Assembly: GCA_017406905.1 (NCBI GenBank)
Contig: JAFQXN010000002.1
Location: 3,501-67,500 of the forward strand
From: Candidatus Saccharimonadota bacterium
Lineage (GTDB): Bacteria > Patescibacteriota > Saccharimonadia > Saccharimonadales > Saccharimonadaceae
Reading direction: 5' to 3'
DNA: 64,000 nt
The notes beneath the pieces are model-generated. The model saw only the letters and a program-made list of their open reading frames with translations, was not told the DNA's origin and did not search any database. Both the position numbers and the translations under genes were made by a program. Numbering within the stretch: the first letter of the stretch is position 1; each line of letters begins with the position of its first letter. Below are positions 47,632 to 56,617 of this stretch, one piece after another.

Positions 47632-48232
47632 TTTGAGATAATCTGAGGAGAAATGCCTCGATCAGGAGCCAGGGGTCGGTGGCAGTGCTTTTAAGCTGAA
47701 GGTCTAGTTGGGAGAGTGCCTTGAGGATTTTCTTTTCTGTGATTCCCTGCCTGGCGGAGTAATCTCTGATGGCCTGAGAAACAAGAAGACCAAAGAACAT
47801 GAGAGGATCTTGCGTGAATTTAATTTCTTCTAGCATGGCGACGGATTTTTTGCCGTCGCGTTTGGCGGTTTTGAAGATATTGAAGATGAGATTGGCGTTT
47901 GGATCTTTGGGGAGAGCAAAATCTTGAATTTCTACCTTAGCGCTGAGGGCTTTATAGGTGGCGGAACGTTTGTCCAGTTTGAGCTCAAGCAGTGCCACGC
48001 GGTGAGGGGTATCGAGATAGTCTGGGAGTTTTTCGAAAACTGGTTTATTGATGGAGAGATCGCGAATTAAAATAGAGCGCGTGGGGGTAAGCAGAGAGGC
48101 TCCCCTGAAAATGCTAGGGAGATCTCCAGTGGTGATGTCAGCGCCTTCAACAACTTCGTAATCATCGCCCAAGTAGGCGTGGATAGCCTGAGTGGCGCGT
48201 ACACGATCTTCGCCGGTAAAGATTTTAAGCAT
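47624..48232 (-). CDS. holA: DNA polymerase III delta (HolA)-like protein, short
   Basis: MLKIFTGED, SLLTPTRSILIR, C-terminal LDLQLKSTATDPWLLIE. Start at 48232 overlaps the mutM stop. Confidence 0.6.
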   Translation of the reverse strand: MLKIFTGEDRVRATQAIHAYLGDDYEVVEGADITTGDLPSIFRGASLLTPTRSILIRDLSINKPVFEKLPDYLDTPHRVALLELKLDKRSATYKALSAKVEIQDFALPKDPNANLIFNIFKTAKRDGKKSVAMLEEIKFTQDPLMFFGLLVSQAIRDYSARQGITEKKILKALSQLDLQLKSTATDPWLLIEAFLLRLSQIK

Positions 48233-49178
48233 TTTGGCCTGCCTTTTTACGGGAATTTGCGGAGTTTCTATAGGCGCTTGCTTGAGAGTTTGACAGGGGT
48301 GATGATTGACAATGCGGACAAATATGAGTACCACGGCCGGCAACTTTGATTTTAATGATTGGAGTGCCGCAGCAGTAACAGGCTTGCCCTTCCCTGTGAA
48401 AAACTTGAGCGAATTTGTCAAGATAATCTCCCTTGGTGCCGTCGGCTTTAACGTAGGTGGCCATAGTGGAGCCGCCAGAATCAATAGAGGTCTGCATGAC
48501 AGATTTGGCGGCCTCGAGAAGACGGGTGGCATCTTCTAATGAAAGTGAGCCGGAACGACGCTCCGGATGGATGCCGGCAGTAAATAAAGCTTCGTCAGCA
48601 TAAATGTTGCCAAGCCCGCAGATGATAGTTTGGTCTAAAATGGTGGCCTTAATCAGTGAATTACTATGTTTTTGGAGCCTAGCGTGGAGCTCTTGGGCGG
48701 TCATTTGCCAAGGTTCTTTGGCGAGTTTGCAAATAAATGGATCTTTTTCTACCTCGCTAGTAGGGGTGGGTTTGATGAAACCGAATTTGCGTTGGTCATT
48801 AAAATAAAGAATGCCGTTTGTAAAATGAAGGATAACACGGGTTTGCTTATTGGGGAGAGCAGCGATGAAATTGTCGCTGGGGTGCCCAGCAGCATAACGG
48901 CTACGGGCGGGATGTGGCTCGGCGCCACTAGAAGTGAATTTGCCATCGCTGTCATAGATGAGCTGACCAGTCATGCGTAAGTGAATAATGAAAGAGTGGC
49001 CGTTATTAAAATCAAGAACTAGAGCCTTGCCAAAGCGGCGAATTGCTGTGACTGTGCCAGTGATTGGCGTGCCGAGAAAGGATTTTTCGCAGAGGATGTC
49101 GATTTTGGTAAGTTTTTGTTTGAGAATAAGTTTATTGAGGCCGCGACGGATGGTTTCTACCTCTGGCAATTCAGGCAT
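48225..49178 (-). CDS. mutM: formamidopyrimidine-DNA glycosylase
   Basis: MPELPEVET, HLRMTG, GLGNIYADE, Zn finger CYCCG..CPHCQ. Confidence 0.97.
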   Translation of the reverse strand: MPELPEVETIRRGLNKLILKQKLTKIDILCEKSFLGTPITGTVTAIRRFGKALVLDFNNGHSFIIHLRMTGQLIYDSDGKFTSSGAEPHPARSRYAAGHPSDNFIAALPNKQTRVILHFTNGILYFNDQRKFGFIKPTPTSEVEKDPFICKLAKEPWQMTAQELHARLQKHSNSLIKATILDQTIICGLGNIYADEALFTAGIHPERRSGSLSLEDATRLLEAAKSVMQTSIDSGGSTMATYVKADGTKGDYLDKFAQVFHREGQACYCCGTPIIKIKVAGRGTHICPHCQSSPLSNSQASAYRNSANSRKKAGQNA

Positions 49179-49809
49179 AGCGGTCTCCTAAATAATCCTT
49201 AGAAAAACTTGCAATCATGTCGTCAAGAAGTCGATCGAGACGAGCTTCGGTGTAGAAAAGATATGGTTGGCCGCGCATAGCATCATTGAGGGCGTTGTCG
49301 GAAAGGATGCGTTCGACGTCCAGAATATCTTCGGCAGTGATGTCAGTAGCAGGAATTTGGCTAGCGAGAGCGGCATATTCTTTGGCTTCGTTCTGTTCGA
49401 TGCCGAGCCGATGGTGGAAATTCGTGTCATACACCCAGAAATCGTGATGTTTGATTTCGCGCTTGGCTTCCCTGTCAAGCCCTTCGCCTAGCTTGTGGTG
49501 CTTAATGGTGCGATAAAAATCATAATTGAAATAGCCATCCGTATAGAGATGAAAAAGATAGCCGAGATAGATGGGGTTGAGATGATCGATTTCGGGCTTG
49601 TTTTCGGCATAAAAATTAAGGGAGCTTTTTTGGTCAAAAGCATAGTGAGTTTGCTCATGTGGCTTTTCGACTTTAACTTTGTTGATGTAACCATTATTAA
49701 TGTCTGGAAGAAGGCAGCCGAGCAAAAAAGCCTTGCGCTTTTTACCAGAAAGTTTGAGTTTGCCGGCAAGACGTTCTCCAGCTTCTAAGTGTATATTCCA
49801 ACTTGGCAT
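49171..49809 (-). CDS. zinc-dependent phospholipase C-like (HD-type) protein
   Basis: N-terminal WNIH, LPD, THY, GYLFHLYTD. Confidence 0.6.
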   Translation of the reverse strand: MPSWNIHLEAGERLAGKLKLSGKKRKAFLLGCLLPDINNGYINKVKVEKPHEQTHYAFDQKSSLNFYAENKPEIDHLNPIYLGYLFHLYTDGYFNYDFYRTIKHHKLGEGLDREAKREIKHHDFWVYDTNFHHRLGIEQNEAKEYAALASQIPATDITAEDILDVERILSDNALNDAMRGQPYLFYTEARLDRLLDDMIASFSKDYLGDRYA

Positions 49810-49855
49810 GTTATTATTATACCATATTTTTTGGTTTTGCGAAAATTGTGGAAAA

Positions 49856-49910
49856 ACACTATATTTGGTGTAAAAAAAGTGTTGACAGCACTATATATGG
49901 TGTCTATAAT
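49856..49910 (+). promoter_or_regulatory. tandem NrdR boxes (49856-49871, 49888-49903) overlapping TTGACA-17-TATAAT
   Basis: ACACTATATTTGGTGT and GCACTATATATGGTGT match the acaCwAtATaTwGtgt consensus, 32 bp apart. Confidence 0.88.
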
Positions 49911-49975
49911 AGATTCTAGGTAATGCTTATAAAACATAAACTGTGCTAGATGCGACAGGCATAGAAAGGAAAACC

Positions 49976-50413
49976 ATGAAGAAAATTATTTATCGAAACC
50001 AGAATGATGCTGAAAATTTTGACATGAAGAGATTTTTGAAATCACTCGCTAGATACGCAAAAGTGTCAGAAAAGGAGGCTGAAGCAGCTTTGGCAGAATT
50101 TGACCAGTATGAGACGATGCACGTATCGTGCCTGGTAGAGGTAGGAATGAAATTGATTGGCGAGAAAGCCGGCGACAAGGCGATGAAAGAGTATTTTGAG
50201 GAGTATGCGGATTATTTTGATGAGGGCAAATTTGAGCGCTTACGCCGAATTACTGGCTATTTGGTAGGGACTTTAGACCGTTGGAATGATGCAAAAAAGG
50301 CAGAGGAGAAGGCGCGGGTAAAGCACTGCGTAAATTCATCGATTGACGACGCGGCACGCTTGGTAGCGCTTGAAACACAAGCAATGGAGCAAAATATTGC
50401 TTACGCGCACTAA
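49976..50413 (+). CDS. mini NrdD-like protein (ATP-cone-like N-terminus plus glycyl-radical C-terminal motif)
   Basis: FERLRRITGYLVGTLDRWNDAKKAEEKARVKH; SD GAAAGGA; NrdR boxes upstream. Confidence 0.8.
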   Translation: MKKIIYRNQNDAENFDMKRFLKSLARYAKVSEKEAEAALAEFDQYETMHVSCLVEVGMKLIGEKAGDKAMKEYFEEYADYFDEGKFERLRRITGYLVGTLDRWNDAKKAEEKARVKHCVNSSIDDAARLVALETQAMEQNIAYAH

Positions 50414-51393
50414 TTTTCTAGTAATTTGCAGATGAGGGCTATGAGTAGCCCTTTTTCTGTGGGATTAGATTCGGCAATTAGAAGGGCGAGCGCAGTGAGG
50501 GCGCGGTCGGAAATTTTGGTTTCGCCGTTTTTAGTGAGATGATAATCGTTGATGGTGAGAAAGACTACAAAAAGAAGAGCGCCGATACGTTTGTTGCCAT
50601 CATAAAATGGGTGGTCTTTGATGACTAAATAGAGGAGATTGGCGGCCTTTTCAGCGATGGACGGATAGAGATCCTGTTGGTCAAAAGTTTGGGTGATGGC
50701 GCCAAGGGATGATTCAAATGAAGCGCCGCGAGGTTTGCCAAAAAGAGCGTTACCCTTGACATTTTTCTTTAACTGTGATATAATGTCATTACACTCGGTT
50801 GGAGTGAGGGTTTTTGTAGCTTTCTTCCCTTTGGAGAAAGAGATATGACCTTCATCATATTCTTGTAAAGCTTTGAAGCTGGGGGCATACTTAGTAATGA
50901 CTTCGAGGACGCCGCCGGCTTCACCTGCGGAAAGTTCAGAGGTGGCGACGAGGCGCTTGACGATGCTAAGAGCGCCTTCGATTTCACGAAGCTTCTTGGT
51001 ATCGAGCTCTTTGAGGCGATGTTCATTGATGGCTGCACCATCTACTACATAATGGCGAAGAACCTTAGTAGCCCAGATACGGAAATCTGTGGCTTTTTTG
51101 GAATTGACACGGTAGCCGACTGAGATAATGGCGTCGAGATTGTAGGTGTTGACTTCGCGGGTGACGTTCCTGGAGCCTTCTTTGCGAACTATTAAGGTTT
51201 TCTTAATGGTTCGATCAGCCTCAAGTTCGCCTTCATTATAGATGCGTTTGAGGTGCATATTGATATTCGGCACTGTAACGTCGAATAATTGAGCTATCTG
51301 AGCCTGGGTGGCCCAGATGGTTTCCTTGGCAGCGTCGACATTAAAAATTACCTCGCCCTTCGCTACTTTGTAAATCTCAATTCCCTTCTCCAT
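50410..51393 (-). CDS. RhuM-like domain fused to a Fic/Doc domain
   Basis: TIWATQAQIAQLF, YNLDAIISVGYRVNS (RhuM); HPFYDGNKRIG (Fic/Doc). Confidence 0.9.
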   Translation of the reverse strand: MEKGIEIYKVAKGEVIFNVDAAKETIWATQAQIAQLFDVTVPNINMHLKRIYNEGELEADRTIKKTLIVRKEGSRNVTREVNTYNLDAIISVGYRVNSKKATDFRIWATKVLRHYVVDGAAINEHRLKELDTKKLREIEGALSIVKRLVATSELSAGEAGGVLEVITKYAPSFKALQEYDEGHISFSKGKKATKTLTPTECNDIISQLKKNVKGNALFGKPRGASFESSLGAITQTFDQQDLYPSIAEKAANLLYLVIKDHPFYDGNKRIGALLFVVFLTINDYHLTKNGETKISDRALTALALLIAESNPTEKGLLIALICKLLEN

Positions 51394-51419
51394 ACCTATA
51401 TATTAGCATAGTTGGGCGA

Positions 51420-53774
51420 TTAGAGCTCGCCCCAATTCCGGCCGATGGTGACTTCGACGGCGAGCTTAATGGCAAGCTCAGGAGCGACAGACTCCATATT
51501 GGACTGGAGGAGCTTAGCGACTTGGTCTGCGATGGATTCGTCGCACTCTACGATGAGGGAGTCGTGGACTTGCATAATGAGGTCGGCGTTAGCCGGAAGG
51601 CTGGCAGCGACTTTAATCATGGCGCGCTTCATGAGGTCGGCTTCGGTACCTTGAATAGGCATATTGCTGGCGGCGCGTTCGGCGGCTTGACGAATAAGAA
51701 AATTGGAAGATTTAACATCTGGCGTGGGGCGACGACGACCGTAAAAGGTCTCAACATAACCTTGTTCCCTGGCTTGCTCGAGGATTTGGTCGAGTTTGCG
51801 TTTGATGGGCGCGCGAAGTTCAAAATAATTATCGATGAACTGTTTGGCGTCGGCGATGGACATCTTGGCAGCGTCAGCGAGGCCTTTGACACTCATGCCA
51901 TAGAGAATGCCAAAATTGATAACTTTGGCGGCACGACGCTGATCTTTGGTGACCTCTGACATGGGGACTTTAAATGCTTCTGAGGCAGTTTTGGTATGGA
52001 TGTCGATGTCGCTGTTGAAGTCGTCGATGAGCGATTTGTCGTCGCTGAGGATGGCGGCAAGGCGAAGCTCAAATTGAGAATAATCTGCCGAAACGAGTAC
52101 GCGGCCAGGTGGGGCGATGAACCCTGTGCGGATGCGCCTACCTTCGTCGGTGCGTACAGGGATGTTTTGGAGATTAGGATTTTGACTGGAAAGGCGGCCG
52201 GTAGCGGTGACATTTTGGGTGAAAGTGGTATGAATGCGACTATTGGCGTCGGCAAGCGCTGGCATGGGAATAATGTACGTAGAGAGGAGTTTGGCGACTT
52301 CGCGATATTCAATAATCTTAGAGATGATGGGATGGAAAGATTTAAGCTTGTCAAGCTCTTTAGCGCCGGTGGAATAGCCACGAGAAGTCTTCTTGATGCC
52401 TTTGACTGGGAGGCGGAGATTTACGAAGAGGATTTCAGAAAGTTGGATGGGAGAGTTAAGATTAAATTCTTGGCCGGCCATAGAGTAGATTGTTTGCTCG
52501 AGATTTTTGGCTTCGGCGGTATATTCTTTTTGGAGGCTGCCAAAATAATTGCGATCTAGAGCCATGCCTTTTGATTCCATTTTGTAAAGAATGGGAATAA
52601 GAGGGAGATCTAAATCAGTATAGACTTGGTAAAGTTTAGGGTATTTTTGAAATTCGGTGAACTGGCGTTGGTATTCTTCTTCTGGCACAGCAAGCTGAGG
52701 GTTTTCCCTGGACAAAGGATTGAGAAGAAAGGCAGCCTGGGATAAATCCCAAAAAGGTTTTTGGTTTTCTAAGATTTCGTGGGCGATGGCGGGATTATTG
52801 TGCATTAGTGATTTAATGTTGTAGTCTATAATTAAATCGCTGCCGAGCACGCTTGAGGCTACTTGGGTAGGCTTATGGCTTGAAGAAGAAGGAGTTTCTA
52901 GCTCTGAGGCGCTATTGATTTTATCAAACTTGCGGATTAAAGAGTTAAACTCCAATTTCTTTAGCCCGCTGATTACGCGGTCGTGGTCAAAATGAAAGTC
53001 TGGTATGCTAGAGAGTTTAATGGGGGCGTCAAACATAATTTGGGCAAGTTGACGCGACATATAGGCAGAAGTCTTGCCGGCTTCGAGCTTGGCGCGAGTA
53101 GAGCCGGAGATTTGTTCAAGATGTACGTAGATACCATCGAGCGAGCCGTAATCGTTGAGGAGCTTGGCGGCGGTTTTTTCGCCGATGCCGGCGACGCCGG
53201 GGATGTTGTCGGATGCATCGCCCTTGAGCGCTTTGAGGTCGAGGAATTGAGATTTCTGGATGCCATATTTGGCTTCAAGCTCTTGGACATTAATTTGCTC
53301 TATATTAGTAAAACCTTTAAGAATGCGCCACATACGGGTATTGTCATCGACAATTTGAAGCATATCGAGATCGCTAGAAATGATATAAGTATCGTAATCG
53401 CCGGCCTCGTCTGCTTGGCGACTAAGAGTGCCAATGATGTCGTCAGCTTCATAATCATCTATCTCAACAAAACTCCAGCCTAAATCTTGGATAAGCTCCT
53501 CAAGAAGTGGAATCTGAGTGTAAAAATCATCGCCGGGTTTGACTCGGCCAGCTTTATACTCTGGATAGATGGCGCGGCGCTTGGAGGTGGAAGATTTAGA
53601 ATCCCAGGCAACAACAACTTTAGTGGGGCGTAATTTTTGGACGATTTCCATGGCGATTGCCGCAAAGCCATAAACGCCACCAGTGGGTGTGCCATCAGAA
53701 AGACTAAGCGCGCCCATCGCATAGTATCCTCTATAGAAGATTGACTTGCCATCGATTAAAACTAAACGTTTCAT
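51420..53774 (-). CDS. polA: DNA polymerase I (5'-3' exonuclease plus polymerase; 3'-5' exonuclease largely deleted)
   Basis: EADDIIGT, GDASDNIPGV, TGRLSSQNPNLQNIP, DYSQFELR, KVINFGILYG, QVHDSL. Confidence 0.97.
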   Translation of the reverse strand: MKRLVLIDGKSIFYRGYYAMGALSLSDGTPTGGVYGFAAIAMEIVQKLRPTKVVVAWDSKSSTSKRRAIYPEYKAGRVKPGDDFYTQIPLLEELIQDLGWSFVEIDDYEADDIIGTLSRQADEAGDYDTYIISSDLDMLQIVDDNTRMWRILKGFTNIEQINVQELEAKYGIQKSQFLDLKALKGDASDNIPGVAGIGEKTAAKLLNDYGSLDGIYVHLEQISGSTRAKLEAGKTSAYMSRQLAQIMFDAPIKLSSIPDFHFDHDRVISGLKKLEFNSLIRKFDKINSASELETPSSSSHKPTQVASSVLGSDLIIDYNIKSLMHNNPAIAHEILENQKPFWDLSQAAFLLNPLSRENPQLAVPEEEYQRQFTEFQKYPKLYQVYTDLDLPLIPILYKMESKGMALDRNYFGSLQKEYTAEAKNLEQTIYSMAGQEFNLNSPIQLSEILFVNLRLPVKGIKKTSRGYSTGAKELDKLKSFHPIISKIIEYREVAKLLSTYIIPMPALADANSRIHTTFTQNVTATGRLSSQNPNLQNIPVRTDEGRRIRTGFIAPPGRVLVSADYSQFELRLAAILSDDKSLIDDFNSDIDIHTKTASEAFKVPMSEVTKDQRRAAKVINFGILYGMSVKGLADAAKMSIADAKQFIDNYFELRAPIKRKLDQILEQAREQGYVETFYGRRRPTPDVKSSNFLIRQAAERAASNMPIQGTEADLMKRAMIKVAASLPANADLIMQVHDSLIVECDESIADQVAKLLQSNMESVAPELAIKLAVEVTIGRNWGEL

Positions 53775-53776
53775 AA

Positions 53777-54211
53777 TTATACCCTCGTGTATTCGCGCGC
53801 GGCTTTGCCGTGTATGGATTTCTTGATTGCATCGACTACTTTTGGTATGTTATAGCAAGCTTTTTCGTCACAGACGTTAGTGGTGTCGCTTGTGTCGAGA
53901 ATTAGAGCTGAAGTGTCAATGCCATTATAAATAACAGTGGAGTGTTCGTCGGAACCTTTTTTGATGTTTTCTTGCTTGACGATGATTGACTTGTTGTAGA
54001 CGTAGTAAGTGGTGCGGATACCGGAGCTTTCGGTCTGAGGATCGCTGACGGCGAAATTGTAATTTTCGGGAACATCGGGAGAAAATTCGGCGTTTAGCAT
54101 TTGAGCTGAGAGGACGCCACCCAAAACGAGACAAATGATTGCTACCGCCCAAATACCGTAGCGCATTAAGTTCCCTTTTTTGTAGGCAACGGAAGTCAGT
54201 TCGGCGCTCAA
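53777..54211 (-). CDS. hypothetical secreted or membrane-anchored protein
   Basis: 144 aa with an N-terminal TM or signal segment; coupled to its neighbours. Confidence 0.7.
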   Translation of the reverse strand: MSAELTSVAYKKGNLMRYGIWAVAIICLVLGGVLSAQMLNAEFSPDVPENYNFAVSDPQTESSGIRTTYYVYNKSIIVKQENIKKGSDEHSTVIYNGIDTSALILDTSDTTNVCDEKACYNIPKVVDAIKKSIHGKAAREYTRV

Positions 54212-54774
54212 AATTCAATCTCCTTTAAAATGCGATCGAGATTATTTTGCAAATCGGGAATAGAACCATTGTTCAAAATATAATAGTCAGCGGCGGCAAT
54301 CGGCCCGCCCTTTTCGAGATTTTCGATTTCAGAGCGATCGCGCTCGCGGATAGCGTTAGTATCAAAAGAACGGCCCGGACGATGGGCAACGCGCTCATAT
54401 CTAAGGTTTTTATCTACTACAATAGCCAAGAAAGTGATGCTGTGGGGAAATTCGTGTTTGAGAATTTTGTATTCTGTCCAGGAATAGACTCCGTCTAGGA
54501 CGATGCGTTTTTGGCCAGCATGAATGAGATCTTTAGTTTCTTCGATAACTTGACGAACAACCCAATCTTTGCCTTCAGTCTGGCGTATCATTTCGCGGAA
54601 ATTTTTTTCTGATTCGCCATCTTCAGTGCGCTTGATACCGCGTTTATCCATTTCTTTATAAATCATGCCGCCGAAATAGACTTTGGGGTAACCTTTTTCT
54701 GTCAAGTGGTCGACCGCGACGGATTTGCCGCTTCCGCTCATGCCGACGACTGCTAAGATTTTTACTCTATTCAT
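54208..54774 (-). CDS. P-loop kinase (dephospho-CoA kinase-like, AAA_17 type)
   Basis: VVGMSGSGKS, LDGVYSWTEY, LEKGGPIAAADY. Start MNRVKI at 54774. Confidence 0.75.
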   Translation of the reverse strand: MNRVKILAVVGMSGSGKSVAVDHLTEKGYPKVYFGGMIYKEMDKRGIKRTEDGESEKNFREMIRQTEGKDWVVRQVIEETKDLIHAGQKRIVLDGVYSWTEYKILKHEFPHSITFLAIVVDKNLRYERVAHRPGRSFDTNAIRERDRSEIENLEKGGPIAAADYYILNNGSIPDLQNNLDRILKEIEF

Positions 54775-54838
54775 ACCTTCATTATAGCACAGAAGAAATA
54801 AAACCAGATTTTTCTCAGCTGTTAAAATGCGCACCAAG

Positions 54839-54917
54839 ATATTTTTGACAACGTCAGGCGGATTTTGCTCGGCGTAGACAAGCTCGCTCGCAAAATCCGT
54901 GAAGTTGTGAAAAATAT
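54839..54917. repeat. long imperfect inverted repeat (~28 bp arms), REP/MITE-like
   Basis: ATATTTTTGACAACGTCAGGCGGATTTTGC-21-GCAAAATCCGTGAAGTTGTGAAAAATAT. Confidence 0.75.
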
Positions 54918-54979
54918 ATGGGCGATTTTAAATGCTTCGAAGAAATCTGGTTTTATTTCCCTATGGTATAATATGTGAT

Positions 54980-55819
54980 ATGAGCAGATTTTTTACAACT
55001 TCTGATCCGTTGGATGAGATTATTGCGGAGACTTTTCCGGATAGGCAGATTGAAAATACGAAGCATATTTTGACGGGATGGACAAATATTGTAATTGAAG
55101 TGACGACTGATGTTGGAGCGTATTTTTTTAGATTTCCAAGAAACCCATTTTGGTCGAAAATGATTGTGAAAGATGCTGCGGTATGTAATTTTGTAGACGG
55201 CAAGACAAGTTTTTATACTCCGCAAATGAAACTTTGTTATGATGCGAAGAAGAGACCTTTTTCGGTGCATAAAAAAATTGAAGGATACACGCTGGGCGAT
55301 AGGATTTATCATCTTTCTCATACGGCGTTGACTGGAGCGGCATACGATGTGGCAAAATTTATAAAAGAGTTATCAAAGATAGATTTAAAAGATGCGCCGG
55401 AAGAGGTAAAATATCCATTGTCTGATTTCTTGCGCGAATTGGATTATAAGCATTATGACAATCATATTGATAATGACCACAAATTCATCAAAGAAACTGA
55501 AATGACGAATTTGGTACATGGAGATTTGAATCTGGGGAATGTTTTGCTAGATAATAATGATAGAGTAGTTGGAATCATTGATTTCTGTTTTGCGGGAACT
55601 GGCAACCCGAATATGGATGTAGCGAGAATGTTGTCGCGGCCAGTACCAGAAAAATTTGAATCGGAATTTTTGGCGCAATTTGTGAATGAAGATGGGGCAG
55701 ATGAAAATCAGGCGCGCGCTGAAGTAGATAGAATGAGAAGGGCATGGAAAAATATTGACAACGGATATGCAAACCATATAAGAATGTATTTTCCGGAAAT
55801 AAATTTGAATCAATTATAA
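54980..55819 (+). CDS. aminoglycoside phosphotransferase (APH)-family kinase
   Basis: GWTNIV, FFRFPR, HGDLNLGNVL, GIIDF. Start MSRFF at 54980. Confidence 0.85.
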   Translation: MSRFFTTSDPLDEIIAETFPDRQIENTKHILTGWTNIVIEVTTDVGAYFFRFPRNPFWSKMIVKDAAVCNFVDGKTSFYTPQMKLCYDAKKRPFSVHKKIEGYTLGDRIYHLSHTALTGAAYDVAKFIKELSKIDLKDAPEEVKYPLSDFLRELDYKHYDNHIDNDHKFIKETEMTNLVHGDLNLGNVLLDNNDRVVGIIDFCFAGTGNPNMDVARMLSRPVPEKFESEFLAQFVNEDGADENQARAEVDRMRRAWKNIDNGYANHIRMYFPEINLNQL

Positions 55820-56617
55820 ATTGGTAAGTAGATATTTGATTTTGGCGTCGCGACGAGCATCATCGTCGTCTGACGGAAGAGCAGTACGATTAGAATAATC
55901 TGCAAAAATGTTAAGACATTGATTTATTGTGCCATCGTAAATTGGGGGCCGATCATAGACGCTCCAAAGAATGATGCGTAAGTCTGGGGATTTTGTGGCG
56001 TAGAAATTGAGAGCCTCGGACGTGGCGCGGATAAATTCTTGTTCGGTAGTTTTGGCGTGACGCCAAGCGCGATTACTAAGAAAATGTTCTGTTACTGTGG
56101 GAGATGTGGTAATCATTAAAATAATTGTTTGATAATTTGAAGCGGTGAGCATTTTGAGTAAAATAGCTTCCATTTTAGGATCTAGGAGAGTGACATCGAG
56201 AATGATGTCGTAATGCTTTTCGGTGAGGGCAGAAAGCGTAAGAAATAACATAATGGTACTAAATTCGTCGGTCATTTTACGAAGATTTTTTTCGCCATAA
56301 AAATCTTTGATTTCGGAGTAATGTGGGTGATATTCGACAAAACGACGGGCAGCAATAAGGATGGGATGGAGAGCGACTTTTTCACAATAAGCTTCTACGG
56401 CTGGGAGAATTTGAGTAGTTTTACCAGAACCAGAAAGGCCTGCGATGCGAAAAAGATTCCCTTGGCGAGTGGCGTCGATGGTAAAATCGGAGAGAATTTT
56501 TGTGAGGATGGCGGGATACTCGGAAAGTTCAATTTGCCATTCTGGCTTAACGGGCGAAGGCCAGTGCGCTTTCATATAGGCGATGATTTGTTCTAGTTCT
56601 CGATGACTTTCAGACAT
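55814..56617 (-). CDS. zeta toxin-like P-loop kinase
   Basis: IAGLSGSGKTT, FVEYHPHY, IILDVT. Confidence 0.65.
   Translation of the reverse strand: MSESHRELEQIIAYMKAHWPSPVKPEWQIELSEYPAILTKILSDFTIDATRQGNLFRIAGLSGSGKTTQILPAVEAYCEKVALHPILIAARRFVEYHPHYSEIKDFYGEKNLRKMTDEFSTIMLFLTLSALTEKHYDIILDVTLLDPKMEAILLKMLTASNYQTIILMITTSPTVTEHFLSNRAWRHAKTTEQEFIRATSEALNFYATKSPDLRIILWSVYDRPPIYDGTINQCLNIFADYSNRTALPSDDDDARRDAKIKYLLTNL

Noticed and set aside
47624-48532. 302-aa version of the holA-like ORF
   Set aside because: The first 100 codons overlap mutM in another frame; the real start is probably MLKIFTG at 48232.
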